A stretch of DNA of 64,000 nucleotides from Candidatus Anderseniibacteriota bacterium (GTDB taxonomy: Bacteria > Patescibacteriota > Andersenbacteria > UBA10190): assembly GCA_040900375.1 (NCBI GenBank), contig JBBDZC010000012.1, forward strand, positions 39,301 to 103,300, read 5' to 3'. Under the pieces are notes generated by a model. That model was not told the DNA's origin. It was given only the letters and a program-made list of their open reading frames with translations, and searched no databases. Positions 59,840 to 64,000 of the stretch are shown one piece after another (position 1 is the first letter of the stretch; each line of letters opens with the position of its first letter). Both the position numbers and the translations under genes were made by a program.

Positions 59840-60205
59840 CTAAAAATTAACCTGCCACAAGAGGTAAAAAGAAAGCAGCATAATCAATTGCAAAACTGGC
59901 ATAATACTCCATAAAACCCACGCGGCGCGGTGATCAGCGCGCAAGACTGCGATTCCCACCACTGTATTAAAAATCAGGATTAATGAGCCAATCAATGGCA
60001 GGACAATAATCTGCTCGCCTTCACCGATGAAGTCAATACCCACGTCAATGGAATAGTGTAAAACAACAGCCGGATCATGGCGGGGAAAAGCGAGTAAGGC
60101 AGCCGCCCAAAGGGCACCATTTAAAAGAACACTCCAGCCCAGCACAATAAAAAATATGCGCACGAGCGCAGTGGAGAGATAGGGTTTCAAGAAAGGCAGT
60201 GCCAT
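59840..60205 (-). CDS. 3-TM membrane protein (DUF1648-like)
   Basis: LHYS---G-D--G motif between TMs. Confidence 0.7.
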   Translation of the reverse strand: MALPFLKPYLSTALVRIFFIVLGWSVLLNGALWAAALLAFPRHDPAVVLHYSIDVGIDFIGEGEQIIVLPLIGSLILIFNTVVGIAVLRADHRAAWVLWSIMPVLQLIMLLSFYLLWQVNF

Positions 60206-60206
60206 A

Positions 60207-61559
60207 CTACAACCCTTCTTTCTCGTATTCCTTAGCGACGGCCATTACCCTATCACCATACCAGGTAAACCGCTGCCAATTAGGTCCGGCTAAATAGCGA
60301 TTGACAGCTTCGTACTCACCGGCCGGGCTAGTCGCGCCTCTATCAGCGAGAAAAATGGCCGTGGCGACAAAGGCATCAGTCAGTTCATAAGGATTAGGTT
60401 GGGCTTTATTCATGAGCTGTCCTACACGCGCTTCAATCACTTCCCATGTAGCGGGCATAAACTGACCAGGGCCCATCGCGCCTCCCCATCCCTGGTAGCT
60501 GCGGGGTCGCGCAGAGATTGGTGCCTGCTGGGGATCAAGCCCAAGCTTTTTGGTAATACGCAGAAAGGCTTCGCGACTACCAGGATGCATATCGTCAGGA
60601 AAGACACCACTGCCGATATTCGTACCCAAATTAGTTTCAACTTTTAAGACACCTAACAGGAGCGCGGCGCGCACTCCCGTGAGCTTACTTGCATAGCGCG
60701 CGATATCAGTGGCCTCGGTTAAGGTGAGCTTAATCCCTGAATTTTTTAAGGTGAAAATATCTTGTTCAATTTCCTGGCGGGCGAGGCGCGCCTCGGCGAG
60801 GCGATTGTCATACTCGACTTGTTGTTGCTTTTTCGCGCGCAGGAATTTTTCCTGCTCGCCTTGTTGGGAAGATAGTTCCTGCTGTTGACTGGCTAATAAT
60901 TGTTGCAAGGTGCTTAAATCTTGCTCTTGGACCTCTAATTCATTTTGTTTCTTTGATAAATCTTCTTCGTGCGCCCGCAGCTCATGCACTAAGGTAATAT
61001 GGCGATCTTGGAGTGTTTGATAGGCTGCCCGCGCGCTCAAGACTTCACCGAGACTGCCGGTATCAAAGAAGAGGCGAATGAGTGACTGTTGTTCATGCTC
61101 ATACAGGAGACGAATCAACGCTCGTAGTTGCTGGCGCTTTGTCTGCACATTGCCTTGCAAATCCTCAATTCTTTCAGTCGTTACTGTCTGCTCTTCGCGC
61201 ACCACGTGAATGGTTAACTGGGTTTGCTTCAACTCAAGTTGAGCTTTTTGCAGTTGGCGCTGGAGGCGCGTGAGCTGGTCAGCAATTAGTGCGGCTTCGG
61301 CTTGCGTCGTATCGCTTCGGGATTGCAGCAGGCGGATCTTTTCATCGAGCGCGGCAATTTCTTCGCGCTTGGTTGCCACTTCCTCTTGATTCTTTTCTAA
61401 TTCCTTAAGCGCCACCGAGGCTTGGTCACTATCAGGATTACTACTAGGAGTGGGACTAGGGATTGGTGTTTCCTGGGCCTGCAGTGGCCCGGGGATAAGC
61501 ATGACCACGGCGATCCACAGCCCACTGATGATTATCCTCTTGCAAGAATAAGGCCTCAT
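60207..61559 (-). CDS. Coiled-coil lytic murein transglycosylase
   Basis: long coiled coil, VETNLG-N-G, GGAMGP-QFMP-TW. Confidence 0.88.
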   Translation of the reverse strand: MRPYSCKRIIISGLWIAVVMLIPGPLQAQETPIPSPTPSSNPDSDQASVALKELEKNQEEVATKREEIAALDEKIRLLQSRSDTTQAEAALIADQLTRLQRQLQKAQLELKQTQLTIHVVREEQTVTTERIEDLQGNVQTKRQQLRALIRLLYEHEQQSLIRLFFDTGSLGEVLSARAAYQTLQDRHITLVHELRAHEEDLSKKQNELEVQEQDLSTLQQLLASQQQELSSQQGEQEKFLRAKKQQQVEYDNRLAEARLARQEIEQDIFTLKNSGIKLTLTEATDIARYASKLTGVRAALLLGVLKVETNLGTNIGSGVFPDDMHPGSREAFLRITKKLGLDPQQAPISARPRSYQGWGGAMGPGQFMPATWEVIEARVGQLMNKAQPNPYELTDAFVATAIFLADRGATSPAGEYEAVNRYLAGPNWQRFTWYGDRVMAVAKEYEKEGL

Positions 61560-61570
61560 AGCACTTCGCG

Positions 61571-62023
61571 TTAGCGCCTAATACCCAGCCCTCGGATCCA
61601 CTCTTGCCACCCACTGGTTGATCCGGTTTCCTCTTGGAATTTAATCCACGCCTCTTGCGGTGTCACCAAAGCTACACCTGCCACTTCGCCCAGCTGTAAG
61701 AGGTGGTGATCTTGCGTGACAAGTAAATCTGCTTGCCCTCCTACGGCCGCAGCCACGAACTTATAATCGTCCTCATCATCAATGGTGATGTCTACAAGAG
61801 CTGGCTCCACGGCTTCAGTGGCGGCAATGAATTCGGCAATCTGTTGGTGGTATTGCTCATTATCAATGCGCCGACGCAAAATCAGGCGATACTCGCGCAC
61901 TGTCGGGGGTGTGGCTAGAGCCGTAAGCTTGCCCGCGCAGACAGCCTTAATCAACTGGGCCTGTGCGTTAAAATCATCGAGGTAGCCATCAATTAAAACA
62001 TTCGTGTCTAAAACAACACGCAT
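61571..62023 (-). CDS. PIN-domain protein (PIN_3, putative toxin)
   Basis: MRVVLDTNVLI, D-DD-KF--AAV-G-AD-LVT-D-HLL. Confidence 0.9.
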   Translation of the reverse strand: MRVVLDTNVLIDGYLDDFNAQAQLIKAVCAGKLTALATPPTVREYRLILRRRIDNEQYHQQIAEFIAATEAVEPALVDITIDDEDDYKFVAAAVGGQADLLVTQDHHLLQLGEVAGVALVTPQEAWIKFQEETGSTSGWQEWIRGLGIRR

Positions 62024-62274
62024 ATATCAAATCGTAAATCTTCTATCAAAAAACTCAAAGTCATTATTTTACAGGTGCCAAGAATTTTCGTTATCACAAG
62101 ACATGACGGGTTTCTACTAACTGTGCAAAAGTAATCTATAGGTCAAGGCTAGTATGTGGTATTATTTAAATTGTTCGTACAAACATTTCTCATCCTTCGT
62201 GTTAATTTTGTATGCCTAAGGATTGAGCCCCTAGTTTTTTCTCTTCCTTTTTATTAATTAACTTTTATGTTTCT

Positions 62275-62883
62275 ATGGCTTATAGCGACTTGACCAAGCG
62301 GCAAAGTGAGACCCTCGATTGCATCCGCAACTTTTTAGCCCAGCACAACTATGCGCCCAGTTATCGCGACATTATGAAGGACACTGGCATTAGTTCTCCC
62401 GCCACCGCCTACGCTCATGTCCAGGCACTGCGGGACAAGGGTTATCTTAAATTACGGGATGGGCAAATGCGCTCGGTAGAACTAACAGAGAAATCTAATA
62501 TGTTCACGCGCGGTATTGAGTTGCCGCTGGTAGGTGCCATTGCGGCGGGAGAGCCGATCGAGGCTATTGAGAATAAGGAAAGCATCGCTGTGCCGCTCGA
62601 ACTCTTGCCTAATCTTAATTGTTATGCCCTGCAAGTTAAGGGTGACTCCATGATTGAGGATGGTATTCTCGACGGCGATTACGTGATCGTGGAGCGCAAT
62701 TTTTATCCCAATAATGGTGATGTGGTAGTGGCCTTAATTAGTAATGAGAATGCGACCCTCAAGCGCTACTACCGGGAGAAAACCCGGATTCGACTACAGC
62801 CAGCTAATAAAAACATGAAGCCTATTTACACTCGTAACCCTGTGATTCAAGGCATTGTTCGGGGGGTGCTGCGCCGGTATTAA
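62275..62883 (+). CDS. lexA: SOS repressor LexA
   Basis: LT-RQ, PS-R-I, G-IAAG-P (Ala-Gly cleavage site), GDSMI, ATLK. Confidence 0.96.
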   Translation: MAYSDLTKRQSETLDCIRNFLAQHNYAPSYRDIMKDTGISSPATAYAHVQALRDKGYLKLRDGQMRSVELTEKSNMFTRGIELPLVGAIAAGEPIEAIENKESIAVPLELLPNLNCYALQVKGDSMIEDGILDGDYVIVERNFYPNNGDVVVALISNENATLKRYYREKTRIRLQPANKNMKPIYTRNPVIQGIVRGVLRRY

Positions 62884-62962
62884 AAGGCTGCAGCTAGCTT
62901 TTGACTTTGGCGCAGTATCGCTCTAGAGTAGAAGGCGTGTTCTTTCCTAGAAGATTGCCTTT

Positions 62963-63295
62963 ATGAAGGATAGCTACGTGGCTCAACAATTTCCTGGAGT
63001 GTGGATACAAATTGCCGGTAACTCTAAGCGCATTAAAGGATGCGAGCCGCCACCTCACTGGCGCTACCGTATCAACGACACATCCGCCGAAGTCTTTCTT
63101 CTCTCCTCCTGGGCGGCGATCGGTGAAGCCACCCCTGAAAATCATACTCAAGGTACTAACTCTTCCGCTAAAGGCGAGGAGTTTATCGCCTGGGTACTGT
63201 ACTTTGGTGATGTGGAAATAGACACCACGGGTCATGCTACGATTCGGCTGAAAACACCCTCGGCACCATTGCCCAAAAGCTTCCGTGGAAAATAG
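62963..63295 (+). CDS. Hypothetical protein (orphan)
   Basis: TTGACT-17-TAGAGT promoter at 62901-62929 and terminator GCCCT...AGGGC-TTTT downstream. Confidence 0.55.
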   Translation: MKDSYVAQQFPGVWIQIAGNSKRIKGCEPPPHWRYRINDTSAEVFLLSSWAAIGEATPENHTQGTNSSAKGEEFIAWVLYFGDVEIDTTGHATIRLKTPSAPLPKSFRGK

Positions 63296-63327
63296 CCCTT
63301 ACGTGTAAACGCCAGGGCTTTTCTTTT

Positions 63328-64000
63328 TCATGACTCTATTGATTCACCTTCAGACAAGCCTGCCGCCGGGGTAGTTGTCTCAATTTGGTCTAAGCGATTG
63401 GAGAATTTATCTAAGCGGCGGGCGGAATCGTCAAAACGGTTTTTAGCATTCCCCAAGTGCTTACCGACCATAGTGAAATCATCAGCGAATTGTTTAAAAT
63501 CATGCCGGACTGTATTTAAGGCTTGCAAGATCTCGCGGGCCTGTTGTTGGATCTTCATGCCGCGGAGCCCCAGTAAAATAGTTTGCAGGTACGCCAGAAA
63601 ACTATTAGGGGAAACCGGAATGACCTTATGGCTTAAGCAAAATTCCCATAAACTCTCCCCTGCCGGATCATGGACCATGGTTTCGTAGTATACGCCTTCA
63701 ATGGGAATATACATAAATGCGAATTCTAAAGTTTTTTCGGTCGGGGCAATGTACTTGCGAGCGATGTCAGTAATATGTTTCTTGATATCGCGCCGGAAGG
63801 ATTGGCGCGCCAAAGCCTTGCGCTCTGGAGTTCGCTCATCCATGAAAAGTTGGTAATTAGCGAGCGGAAATTTAGCATCAATCGCCACGATGTAGCCGTC
63901 CTGGAGGCGAATAATCGCATCGGCAATCTCCCCGCTGCTGGGCAACGTAAACTGGGTAGCATAACGATCATGGGGTAAAACATCGGCGAGCAAATTGGTC
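63328..64000 (-). CDS. rmuC: DNA recombination protein RmuC (5' truncated)
   Basis: IDAKFPL-NY, HI-DIA-KYI, FA-MYIP-E-VYYE, VSP--F. Confidence 0.93.
   Translation of the reverse strand, partial: TNLLADVLPHDRYATQFTLPSSGEIADAIIRLQDGYIVAIDAKFPLANYQLFMDERTPERKALARQSFRRDIKKHITDIARKYIAPTEKTLEFAFMYIPIEGVYYETMVHDPAGESLWEFCLSHKVIPVSPNSFLAYLQTILLGLRGMKIQQQAREILQALNTVRHDFKQFADDFTMVGKHLGNAKNRFDDSARRLDKFSNRLDQIETTTPAAGLSEGESIES

Overview
64 kb of a bacterial chromosome, most likely a Patescibacteria (CPR, Parcubacteria-like) genome. This is inferred from the streamlined gene set, split transketolase, CPR-type GT2 and coiled-coil hydrolases, and many palindromic repeats. The backbone is housekeeping: prfB, ftsEX, rpiB-rpe-tkt, priA, gltX, uppS, rpmA, pyrG, rplI, ctpA, aspS, hrcA-grpE-dnaK-dnaJ with a perfect CIRCE, cysS, dnaB, recR, rplU, lexA, rmuC and three tRNAs (Arg-CCG, Gln-CTG, Lys-TTT). 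The most interesting non-routine content: (1) a ~1 kb gene-poor stretch (38.8-39.8 kb) that looks like two tandem, separately promoted, highly structured non-coding RNAs (~560 and ~320 nt) that I cannot assign to a known family; (2) a cobalamin-riboswitch-controlled operon encoding surface proteins with transcobalamin-like domains plus a small membrane transporter; (3) an orphan DGR-type variable-protein gene with no reverse transcriptase in the window; (4) several solitary orphan genes sharing a promoter / boxA-like / RBS / terminator layout; (5) TA-flanked palindromic mini-elements, one inserted in frame into a Nudix gene; (6) two tRNA-anchored islands. All family assignments come from motif recognition by eye, not from database searches.
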